Shown: in pieces, positions 25,214-36,664 of the stretch
Layout of the letters: each line of letters starts with the position of its first letter
Position numbering within the stretch: position 1 is the first letter of the stretch
DNA from: Octopus sinensis
Taxonomy: Eukaryota
Assembly: GCF_006345805.1 (NCBI RefSeq)
Contig: NC_043008.1
Coordinates: 67,580,001 to 67,644,000 of the forward strand
DNA: 64,000 nucleotides
Direction: 5' to 3'
Program-made: the position numbers and the translations under genes
Notes under the pieces: model-generated
The model's input: only the letters and a program-made list of their open reading frames with translations
What the model was told of the DNA's origin: nothing
Database searches by the model: none

Positions 25214-26257
25214 ATTTAACTATATACCAGTACTGATTACAGGTAAGCTCACTGCCATCAATTCACTGTGAAGAAAGTTCACCATGAGAAAAGTTCACTG
25301 AGAAAATATACCCAAAGTATCTCACCATTAATAGCTAAAAACTATTTTATTGGAAAACAGTGAACTTAATGGACATGATCCATGCTATATAAAGACAAAT
25401 TTGGCTGCAATTTTAATGATGAACAAACGATACAGTCCAGCAGAAATTACTGGAAACTCATCGTCGTTGTTTCAATGTTCATTTTTCCATACCTGCATGG
25501 GACAGGTGGAATTTGTTGAAGCGTGACCAAAAGCTTTTCCTGTCACCAACCCACATCTATTTTAGAGTAAGGTAATTTTCCCTCATGACAAGACATGTTT
25601 TCAAAGAAGATTGGAAATGAGTGACACTGCTTGTACAACAGTAACATTTATTTATGATTATCATGCAATGTGAAGACAAGTTTTCTTCTACCAAATTCAC
25701 TCATAAGTCCTTGGTTGGCCTGAGGCTATAGCAGAAGACACATGCCCAAGGTGCGCACGCTGGGATTGAAAGCCGGAACCATGTGGTTGGGAAGCAAACT
25801 TCTTTCTGTGCAGCCCCCATCTGGAAATATGATACATATAATAATTAAAATTGAATTTGTATCAAACGTCTTGGTGCTTATACAAAATGATGAAATTGAA
25901 ACTAATTTTGAAAAGAAAAATATTACCTTAAAATAAAATTTGATAAAATAAATGTCTCATTTATGTATTTTCAATAAATATATGTTATTATTTTACTAAA
26001 TGTTTTCAAAATAATTGCAGTCTGCTCCATCAAAAACTTTCAAAACAGGTGGTGGGGTACCAAGCTAGAGTTATGCCCCTTTCCTTCCCTCACTCTCTCT
26101 CTCACCAAGTCACCAAGTGTAGCACGAAGTTTTGTCAGTGAACAGGTTGCAGTCTCAAAGCGACAAAAATATTTTGACAAATTAAATTTAAATGTTGAAG
26201 TGAATCTAACGGTTTTTGTGTGTTTCTAAAATGGCTTATAAACACCTGCCATGCTGC

Positions 26258-26293
<36 letters not shown>

Positions 26294-26298
<5 letters not shown>

Positions 26299-26644
26299 GG
26301 TGATAAATTGAATATTAATTTAATTAACATCAATTTAAAATCAGTAGACTTAGCATAAAGAAAAATCTGAAAATTCAGAAAAATTGTAATACCTGTGTAT
26401 AATAAGAGATGACCATTAAGTGGACATCCAATATGCTAGAAGAAGATCACCTACGATCTAACCACAAAGAAAAGAATGTTCTCTAAAGAAATTCAGCAAA
26501 CACTAGAACATCTGTCTTACCAGCTTATGTTCTGGTGTTTGCTGAATTTCTCTAGAGAACATTCTTTTCTTTGTGGTTAGATCGTAGGTGATCTTCTTCT
26601 AGCATATTGGATGTCCACTTAGTGGTCATCCCTTATTATACGCA
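26294..26644. repeat. Fold-back element: ~118-bp arms (26394-26511 / 26527-26644), 15-nt loop
   Basis: Near-perfect inverted repeat next to (TA)n; the unpaired part resembles 16670-16760 on the opposite strand. Confidence 0.85.
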
Positions 26645-26867
26645 TATATATACATGATGTAAAGCATGATTAGAGAAAACAACCTAACATTTATACAGGT
26701 GATTATTAAATTAGAGTTTCTGTCAGCGGTGTTATGCCATTTATTGATGATCTAAATGTTAATTACTTATCAGTCAACTGAACTTCAGATAATTTGGGTT
26801 GAGAAAGTGTTGTATAATCTATTGCTATGTTTATCATTATCAACATGAAATATTCAGCAACAGTACT

Positions 26868-27177
26868 TTGTAGTAAAGATTGTTTGCCAACACAACATGG
26901 CACTAATTAGGACTAATGTTGCTATAATTTAGCCCCAGGAGACATCATCTCCAGCTGGCTATATGATATTAGGACTAATGTTGCTGTAATTTAGCCCCAG
27001 GAGATATCATCTCCAGCTGGCTATACGACATGATCTGTGATCTTGTTTGAAAATATAAGGACACAGACTGTGTTGTATAGCCAGCTGGAGACAAGATGTC
27101 TCCTGGGGCTAAATTACAGCAACATTAGTCCTAAACCAGGACTGCCATGTTATGTTGGCAAACAATCTTTACTACAA
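26868..27177. mobile_element. MITE-like palindromic element
   Basis: Terminal ttgtagtaaagattgtttgccaaca.. / ..tgttggcaaacaatctttactacaa; the left arm carries a ~62-bp tandem duplication. Confidence 0.75.
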
Positions 27178-27470
27178 GTGTTTCAATGTTTGGCATTTCT
27201 GAATTTTAATTCCACACATCACAAGAAATTCTACCAGCAACACACCAATAAGATATTTATTAGTGAAATAAGATAAAATACAGAATACTGAGAAACATTT
27301 GATGGTGGTGGTGGTGACCTGAGTCAACAACCTTTAATTCATAGAGGAGTTTTAAGTAGATTTAAATAACTTTCTTTTCCAAATCAATGAATTTATTTGA
27401 TTTTCCTTTTCTTTTTTTTTTTGCAAGCCCATCCAGTGAGATTGGCACCTCTCAAATCCTTCATGATATA

Positions 27471-27880
27471 TACTCTTTTACTCTTTTACTTGTTTCAGTC
27501 ATTTGACTGTGGCCATGCTGGAGCACCACCTTTAGTCGAGCAAATCGACCCCAGGACTTATTCTTTGTAAGCCTAGTACTTATTCTATTGGTCTCTTTTG
27601 CCAAACCGTTAAGTTATGGGAATGTAGACACACCAGCATCGGTTGTCAAGTGATGGTGGGGGGACAAACACAGACACACAAACACAGACACACACACACA
27701 TATACATATACATATATACGACAGGCTTCTTTCAGTTTCCGTCAACCAAATCCACTCACAAGGCTTTGGTCGACCCGAGGCTATAGTAGAAGACACTTGC
27801 CCAAGGTGTCAGCCAGTGGGACTGAACTGAAACCATGTCGTTGGTAAGCAAGCTACTTACCACACAGCCACTCCTGTGCC
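27471..27880 (-). mobile_element. OK/OR-like SINE
   Basis: Full-length reverse-strand copy. Confidence 0.85.
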
Positions 27881-28218
27881 TATACAAACCACAACTGAAC
27901 ATTGTATCTATACATCCTTGTGATTTAGTAACAATTATCTCAGCAACAACAACAACTGCAATGTAACTGCAAGGCTTGATCTTACAATGGTTTGGTTGGT
28001 AGTTTTCCTCACTGTTGCGCTAAGTGAAATTAGAGCAAAGATAATCATAAGTCTCTCCGAGGGCCATCATAACAGCATTATAAGCCACTCAGGTAAAGTA
28101 ATCCTTTGGGGTTCATACATATACAACCATAATACAGATTAGCAGTGGATCTCTAGATCTGTTTGGGACTACCAAACAGTTGCCAGTGTCCCTATATCTT
28201 AAGGTGACACTGGTCCCC

Positions 28219-28356
28219 TTCACTATTCCACCACCTGAAACAATGACAACTATAAATCTGTGGTCCTCCTCATTACCCCACTGCCTGAAACCATAGCAAC
28301 TATAAATCTATAGTCTTCTTCATTATCCCCCACCTGAAACCATAGTAACTGTAAAT
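28219..28356. repeat. ~48-bp minisatellite, 3 copies
   Basis: Unit cttcattaYcccaccacctgaaaccatagcaactataaatct. Confidence 0.8.
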
Positions 28357-28419
28357 GATATTTTCGCCAAACAAAAAAGTAAAGCAAAATTGTATAAAAT
28401 AACTAATGTTCTATTTCAG

Positions 28420-28541
28420 CGAGCATTTACAGTGGGCATTCATGGTCCAGTTGGCTCAGGGAAAACCGCCATTATCCTTGCTGTGTGTAAGATTCTGAAA
28501 GATCGCAATATCTGTGTTGTAACCAATGATTTCTACAGCAC
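28420..28541 (+). CDS. ureG: UreG-like GTPase, coding exon 2 (P-loop)
   Basis: tttcag|[40 protein letters not shown](T)|gtgagt. Confidence 0.95.
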
Positions 28542-28599
28542 GTGAGTAGTGTTTTAGAAAGATTACTTTAAAATTACTTTAGAATTATTAACACATCAA

Positions 28600-29230
28600 A
28601 GTAGTCTGTGTTTTTAATAGATGTAGATTGCCTATTGACATCATCTGAATGCCTTGCTTCCCTGTGCATAGATACATTGAAGCTTTGATGTCTGGCAACT
28701 GACTTGGCAAACATCCACAAAAATATTAACCCTCGTTCCAACAGCCCCCTGGAGCACCTTTTTGAGTTCCATGTGTCTAACATATGTGACCTTGCCTACC
28801 AAGTCAGAAAATAGCACAGCTCCCATGACTTTCCAAAACATTTTTCCACACTCAGAGTTACTGAAGCATGGGACAAACTACCTGTATCAGTTGTTAGTTG
28901 CCAAGACATTGCATCCTTTAAAACCTCCGTGCTTCATGAAATTTGCCAACATTACACCTAATATCCCCCCTCATACACATGGACACATATATCATGTCTC
29001 ATACACTTCACGTTCCTGACTTTTGTACATAATTCTATGTATTGTACATTGATGAGATGTAGTGCACCTGAGCACTATACACAATAATTTCATTATTATT
29101 TTTTGTTTTGGGATTTGGTTTGCAAGATTCTTTATATGAGTTCGTGTGTTGAAGCATATTCTGTTGTGTCTGGGGAGAGTCATTCTCTTATAGTGCCTTA
29201 TTATTTAACACACTCACCGGTAAAATTTCC
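28600..29230 (+). mobile_element. CR1/L2-like LINE 3' remnant
   Basis: Degenerate ..HF(F)STLRVTEAWDKLPVSVVSCQDIASFKT, resembling the CR1 ORF2 C-terminus FFSxRVVxxWNxLP. Confidence 0.55.
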
Positions 29231-29329
29231 ACTTATTTCTTATTTTTATTTTCTAAAATTTTCGTTATTATTTTCATTATTATTATTATTATTGTTATTA
29301 TTGTATAAATATACACATTTATTCTTCAG

Positions 29330-29426
29330 TATTGATGCTGACATCTTGATTCAACAAAATGCTATTCCAAAAGAGAAAGTTCGTTCTGTCGTAACAGAAG
29401 GATGTCCATTGGAAGTCATGAATAAA
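29330..29426 (+). CDS. ureG: UreG-like GTPase, coding exon 3 (CPH site reads CPL)
   Basis: cttcag|(T)IDADILIQQNAIPKEKVRSVVTEGCPLEVMNK|gtaatg; phase 2 in, 0 out. Confidence 0.93.
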
Positions 29427-29857
29427 GTAATGTTGTGTTTTCTTTTACTTTTTTTTTCTATCCTATTATTAGTATTACTATTAAGGTGGCAAAATATTTG
29501 GCAGCATTTTGTCTGTCTTTATGTTCTGAGTTCCAGTCCTGCTGGGCTTGATTTTGCTTTTCATCTTTTAGGGTTGATTAGATGTGTGAATAATTTCTAT
29601 TGAATTACGGGATTTTGTTATTTTGTGTGCTTAATCTTATTGTGTTCCATTTTTCTGTCCATTTCCCTTTTAAATCAACTGATTTCATATTTTTGTGCAA
29701 CACTGGGCTGATGTTATTGACTTATCTCCTTCCATGAACTGGCTGGCCTTGTGCCTAAAATTTGAAAGCAATATTATGATTATTGCTAAGACATTGAGGA
29801 TTATTATTATTATTATTATTATTATCATCATCATCACCATTATTATTATTATTATCA

Positions 29858-29915
<58 letters not shown>

Positions 29916-30465
29916 CATTATTAATCATCATCATCGTGATCGACCAGGCTATCAGATGTTGCTACACGACGCTGGTCACAATGCGCTTCACATTGTTTTA
30001 GCCTTCAAATGACGCCACCCCGCTGGCTAAGCGATCAGGCCATATTATTATTATAATAATAATAAGGTGGTGAGCAGGCAGAATCGTTAGCATGCTGAAT
30101 GAAATGCTTTGTGGTATTTTGCCTATCACAACCGTTAAAATTTGCCAAGGTCAACTTTGCCTTCAATCCTTTCAAGGTTGATGAAATAAGCACCAGTTAA
30201 GTACTATAGCAGAAAGAATTATCATTATTATTATTATTATTATCATTATCATATGATATGTTTTTGTGTCTATTTAAAAATATTTTCAGTTTTTATCTGT
30301 TATACAAGTGCAGGCATGACTGTGTTGTAAAGATTCAATTCTCAACTTTAGGATTCTGGGTTTAGTTCTGCTGCATGAACCTTGAATAAATGTCCTCTGT
30401 TATAATCCCAGGCCGACCAAATCCTTATGAGTGGGTTTGGTAGATAGAAACTAAAAGGAGCTTGT

Positions 30466-30523
<58 letters not shown>

Positions 30524-31475
30524 AAGTTTGCTTTCCAACGGAAACTGTAAGAAGCCCATCTATATATATATATATATATTTTTAAAATAGATACAAAAAC
30601 ATATCAAAACTACAATAATGAGATTTTTTTAGACAATAGACAACTCCACCCCTTCTCTTTCTCTCTAACACATTGAACTCTGTACCAGACTATATTTAAA
30701 GAAGACTTCAATAAAAAAAATCCTGGAGATAAACTATTTTACCTCAAGTTTTTTATAAATTTTTATGAATATTTGATAGAATGACATTCATCAATGAAAC
30801 TGGTAATATTTTATACTTTCTTTATATCGTTTTTAAATCATTTTATTCAATTCTTTCTAAATTGAAATGTCTTTGATTTACTTCTGTGCTATTTCCACCT
30901 TCATCTTTTATATATATATGCATGTATGTGTATGTGTGTGTGCGTGTGTATTATATAATATATGTACATATGTACATATGTGTGTGTGTTTATCCCCCAC
31001 TACTGTCTGACAACTGGTGAAGGTTTGTTTATGTCCCCATAACTTAGCTGCTTGGCAAAAATAAATTGATGATATACATACCAAGCTTAAAAATAAGTTT
31101 TGGTGTTGATTCATTTGACTAAAATCCTTCAAAGTGGTGCTCCAGCATGACCACAGTACAGTGACTGAAACAAGTAAAAAAGATTAAAAGAAAACGATAT
31201 AGATTAGTAGTTTTTCGAGCTGATATGGATACAGGTTCACTGTGTAGATAGATTTGATTAATTAGTAAATGTAAATGATTTCTTTATAAAATATATTTGT
31301 TTAAAGAATTTTTGCATTGTATATCTCATTGCTATCACCATCATCATCTTCATTGGCATCATCATCATCATAACCACCACTATCACCACTGTCATCATCA
31401 TCATTCTCATACTTTCAAATTCTCACACATTGTTTATGTTTTTTCTGTATTTTCTTTTTTTTTTTTTATATATAG

Positions 31476-31623
31476 AATCTTGATGTAAATCTGAAAGAAA
31501 TCAAAGAATTGACCAAACTCTTTCAACCTGAAATAATTCTATTAGAATCTGCTGGGGATTGTCTTGCAGCACATTTTGACAGAGATTTGGTGGATTATAC
31601 CATTTTAGTCATTGACATTGCAG
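31476..31623 (+). CDS. ureG: UreG-like GTPase, coding exon 4 (G3 motif)
   Basis: poly-T...tatag|NLDVNLKEIKELTKLFQPEIILLESAGDCLAAHFDRDLVDYTILVIDIA(G)|gtttga. Confidence 0.93.
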
Positions 31624-31774
31624 GTTTGATTCCCTTACAGCTTCTCACACAATTTTTGTTTTTAGTTTTTATCAATTATTTATTTATGTTGTAAATATTT
31701 ATTACAATTGATCCTCAAATCCATGTTTGAAAACATGAGACATCTTTGTATCCATTATGATTAATATGAGGAAG

Positions 31775-32002
31775 GTGGTGAGCTGGCAGAGTCGTTAGCA
31801 CACTGGGCGAAATGCTTAGCGGTATTTCGTCTGCCGCTGCATTCTGAGTTCAAATTCCGTCGAGGTCAACTTTGCTTTTCATCCTTTTGGGGTCAATTAA
31901 ATAAGTACCAGTTATGCACTGGGGTCAATATAATCGACTTAATCCATTTGTCTGTCCTTGTTTGTCCCCTGTGTGTAGCCCCTTGTGAGCAGTAAAGAAA
32001 TA
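31775..32002 (+). mobile_element. Meta-domain SINE, full length, followed by a partial tandem copy
   Basis: Head GGTGGTGAGCTGGCAGAGTCGTTAG, Meta domain, tail ttgtcccctgtgtgtagccccttgtgagcagtaaagaaat. Confidence 0.8.
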
Positions 32003-32258
32003 GGTATTTTGTCTGCCGCTACATTCTGAGTTCAAATTCTACCAAGGTCAACTTTGCTCATCATCCTTTCGGGGGTCAATAAACTAAGTACCAGTGAAAC
32101 ACTGGGGGTCAATTTAATTGACTAGTCTCTTCCCTCAAATTTCAGGCCTTGTGCCCTTGGTAGATGTTGTTGTTGTTGTTATTAAGGCAGTGTGCTGGCA
32201 GAGTCATTAGCATACTGGGGGATGCCTGGGATGCTAATGATTCTGCCTACTCACTGCC

Positions 32259-32292
<34 letters not shown>

Positions 32293-32355
32293 TAACAACA
32301 ACAACCACAACAACAACACATTGGGGTTTTCAGTTGCATGGTACCTCACCAAAAC

Positions 32356-32407
<52 letters not shown>

Positions 32408-32984
32408 TAATAATCCTTTCTACTATATGTACAAGATCTGGAATTAATAATAATGCCCTGATGCAGTACTGGACAGTGGCTCTCAAGGCTTTTGATCTTA
32501 ACTGATTGGAAGTGCAATCATGTACATTGTTTTGTCTTGGTGTATAAGATGGGCTACAGCAAATATTCTGTTCAATATCACAGATTTGCTTATTAGTTGC
32601 TTCACCTTAACCAGTTGAGTATGTCCCTTAGTGGCTGATGATATGTGCATCTCTTATCATGAGCAGAAGTAGTGGGGGAGCAATTTTATAGGGTTTGAAT
32701 AATTCACCACTGGTAACATGGATACTTCATTCCTCATCCTAAAATAACCCTTATTCAGGGACATTTTGAGCAGGATGAGCTACTTGACATGAAGAAAATT
32801 CTAACTGGACCCCCACCTGCAAGGTTTTGGGCTGTTCATCTTGATTTGAGGTCATTGTGTCATGCACATATGGTTGTGATGCATGTGCCTGGTGTACCCT
32901 TATCAGATGGGTAGTCATGATTGGTATGTTGGGCTCTCTCACTCAATAATAATGTTAATAATTACAATAATTTCTGTTTTCTAG

Positions 32985-33088
32985 GTGGCAAGAACGTTAT
33001 CAAGAAACGGATAGCAGGCAATGATTACTGCGAGTTACTTGTAGTCAACAAAATAGATTTGGAAAAAGCACTGGATATTGATATGGAG
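32985..33088 (+). CDS. ureG: UreG-like GTPase, coding exon 5 (G4 NKxD)
   Basis: ttttctag|(G)GKNVIKKRIAGNDYCELLVVNKIDLEKALDIDME|gtaggt. Confidence 0.93.
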
Positions 33089-33898
33089 GTAGGTGTATGA
33101 AACTTTAAGATGCTTTCATTGAGATTTTGTCATAGTATTTAAACAACCATCCATCATCATCATCGTCATCGTTTAACGTCCATTTTCCATGCTAGCATGG
33201 GTTGGACGGTTTGACTAGGGTCTGGGAAGCCAGAAGGCTGTGCCAGGCTCCAGTCTGATCTGGCAGTGTTTCTACAGCTGGATGCCCTTCCTAATGCCAA
33301 CCACTCCGTGAGTGTAGTGGGTGCTTTTTACATGCCACCAGCACAGGAGCCAGAGGAGGCTGGCAAACGGCCACAATCAGTTGGTGCTTTTTACTTGTCA
33401 CTGACATGAACGCCAGTCAGGCGGTGCTGGCATCAGCCATGTTCAGATGGTGCTTTTTACCTGCCACCAGCACAGGTATCATAAGTACAATTTCCATATG
33501 ATTTTTGTTTTGATGTTGATGTTGACGTACTTGATTCAATAGGTCTCCTAAACAACCAAGCAAATCAGTCTGCCACTTAATCAATCTGGTTGCTTACCTA
33601 CCTGTCTGTATATTAGTATTATTATTAATATCATTATTAAGGTGGTTGGTAGGCAGAATCACAGCGTGTTGGATAAATGGTTTAGTGACATATTGTTTGC
33701 CTCTTTGCCTTCTGAGTTCAAATACCACTGAGGTTGACTTTGTCTTTCATCCTTTCAGGGTCAATGAAAGAAGTACCAGTTGAGCACTGAGGTCAATGTA
33801 ATCAACTTGCCTCCCGCCCCCACCCCCACAAAAAGTTTCAGGCCTTGTGGCTATATTAGAAAGGATTATTATTATTTGTCTTTTTCTTTAATGAACAG

Positions 33899-34048
33899 GA
33901 CTTCAAAGGTGATGTTATAATGACTCGAATGGACAGAGCCTTGTTGTTTACTTCTGTGAAAAATGATGAAGACATGAAAGATGTCGCTGAATGTATTGTC
34001 CGCGAATGTTCACAGCAAAAGAACCAAATACCACCAGAATGTCCGTAG
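33899..34048 (+). CDS. ureG: UreG-like GTPase, terminal coding exon
   Basis: aacag|DFKGDVIMTRMDRALLFTSVKNDEDMKDVAECIVRECSQQKNQIPPECP*. Total CDS 675 nt = 224 aa + stop; all introns GT-AG and phase-consistent. Confidence 0.88.
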   Translation, partial: DFKGDVIMTRMDRALLFTSVKNDEDMKDVAECIVRECSQQKNQIPPECP

Positions 34049-34552
34049 ACTCAGCTTGGAGAGATTTTCAACATTTTGGTTAACTTCCAGATAGCATTTA
34101 ATGATTTTCAGAAGTCACTACAACAATAGCAACAATAACCAGAATGGTGATAGTGTCATATATTTTACTTTGCGAGGTCCATGGAGAGAGAGAGCTTTTT
34201 TAAGTTCACTAAATTGAACTGGTCCAATATAATTAATAATTCATGTTCCAATTCGTCCTTTACTAGGATTTGAACATGGAAACATGGCCCATCTAACTAG
34301 ACATCATAAACAATTAGTTTAATACTTCTCTAATCACAACAATTAATGATGATTATACTGATAATAAATATGAATAATAAGAATATTCCTAAAGATAATT
34401 ATGAGGCTAATGATTATGCTGATGATGAATATGCTGCAGATAATGACAATCCAAATAATGAATATGCTAATGATAAATGTATTTCTCATGATTATGCTGA
34501 TGATAATGATGAAAAAATTTAATGATAAAGTCTTAAGTTTGTTTTAGAATTC

Positions 34553-34558
34553 AATAAA
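34553..34558 (+). terminator. Candidate polyadenylation signal of the ureG-like gene
   Basis: AATAAA ~500 nt after the stop, followed by a T-rich stretch; an earlier AATAAA lies near 34363. Confidence 0.4.
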
Positions 34559-36664
34559 GTTTTAAAATTGTTCCTCTTCTTCTTCTTGCTGCCTCATCCA
34601 ACAATACTCACCCTTATGCAAATAACATGATCCTTCATTCCTCCAAAACTTTGCCCAACTATCCATCATGCAGCCAAGACAGCCTAGACACCGCATGTCA
34701 AACCTGTATTACTTTTATAAATGGTGGTAATGAGAACATCCTACAATGCAGCTTTTTCTCACAAAATTGCAGGCCTTGGCTTAAATTCATAAAAGTGCAA
34801 TTAATTAGCAGAAATGAAACAAGAAGAAGATTGTTTTCCAACCATGTAGTTCTGGGTTCAATCCCACTGTGTGGCACGTTGGGCAAGAGTCCCCTACTAT
34901 AGCCTCAAACCTACCAAAGCCTTGTGAGTGGATTTCATAGACAGAAACTGAAAGAAACTCATTGCATACATACAAACATACATAAACATACACACACACA
35001 CATATATATGAGCGTTATACTAATACATCTGTTTGTTTTGTACACCATCTGTCTTCGTCTTTTGTTTTTTCGTGAACTCTCCCCCTAATATATATATATA
35101 TTTAAATATAGAGATACACAAAGCCTAATTAATAATAAATTAGATCTTAGAGTGTTATGTGTTCATAGGGCTGCCCGTACATTTAAATACTTTAGAAGCA
35201 GATAATAATAAGTATACCATACTGCACTTTGGTAGTAGGAGTTATACAGGGTATCATATCATTCATAGCCTACTCTCAATTATCTTGAAATTTATTCAAT
35301 AATGCTTTCTAATAACCCTTAATCCCTTTGATCTATAAAATTTCAATAATTGTATTATATATTTACCCCTTCGGTATTGGGAATCACTTCCCTCGTTGTA
35401 TAACATAAATTTTGCAATAAATTACTAAATTTTACACCTCCCCTAAGCGTAAAGGATATCCCCTAAAATCTACTATTATTCTACTTAGATCATGTTTTTG
35501 ATGTATTTTAGAAAGATGTTATAAACCCATTTGGAAAAGTAAATTTATTTACTATTTATTATTTACTACATATATTTTATTTTATACTCTATTAATGATA
35601 ATAACAAGTCTAGGAATTCTTTTTGATATACCAATATAATTTATAAAATCATCATTATTTCATTCTATTTTATTTTATTTATAATTCTGTTTCCTTATTT
35701 ATATCTCTTTTATACCTTTTATATCATTCTGTAAAAAATATTTTATAACATTTATTATAAAATGAAATTTTTATATTCTATATTAATGTTGATGTATTTA
35801 TGATATATACTCTCTTATACATGTGTATAGCTCCTACAGCCTATAAAGGGCTTGGTGGTTTATAACTTCTTTTCATAAAGCTTACTGTAGAATATAATAT
35901 ATTTTATATTTGTAATTACAAATGATTTTATTTTGTGAAAAAAATTCTATATTTTTTCCTATTTTACTTTTGATGTTTATATATCCTTTATATACTTTTT
36001 TAGTGTTTATAATTTATATAAAAAAACTTTTTTGACAATTTATAAGGTCTTTTTTTATATAATTTACAGGATTGGGAATTCTCTATATATATAAAACTGA
36101 GAATGTGTGTGTGTCTGTCTGTCTGTGTGTTTCCCTAAAACTTGAGAACTACACAACCAACTTCATTAAAATTTTACACATGCCTTACTTAGGGTCCATG
36201 TAGTTTCGTGGGCAAAAAAATCTTCAACTTCTTACATAGAGCGAGCCAATAGCAATATCATATCTTCTCCACTATTTCAGTATTACGTGTTAAAAGTGAA
36301 ACAAAAACATTTCTCTATTTTATGTCAGATACTTTCACTTTAACAATAAAAATAATAATAACAATTGAATTATATGTAGTAAGTAATAATTAAAATCAAA
36401 CTAAACTATAATATAATCGTAACATAACAAAAGTAAAAATAGCAATTGGTATAAAATTGCATCAATGACTTGAACTTGAATCAGTGGTTTCACATGAATA
36501 GGAATAAATAAAAAATAAAATTTAAGTGCAGAAATGGAATAGTCCAGATGGTGGTGTGCACGGCTTTTACATAAGATTATTTGCTAATTAGCTAGCATTA
36601 AGTATATATATGAAGTTTGGCTGTATGTAATGTCTGATTTCTCGAAAGATGCTTCTACTGAGTA

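Noticed and set aside
31297-31488. His-rich ORF inside the ureG gene, tempting as the missing nickel-storage tract
   Set aside because: It is a degenerate (CAT)n microsatellite in an intron, out of frame with the exon at 31476, and similar tracts occur throughout the window.
22558-34048. Bacterial urease operon or contaminant
   Set aside because: The gene has spliceosomal introns containing host SINEs, and I saw no ureABC/D/E/F-like sequence in the window.
34380-34520. Asp/Asn-rich reading frame downstream of ureG
   Set aside because: Degenerate (GAT)n tract in the probable 3' UTR, after the stop codon.
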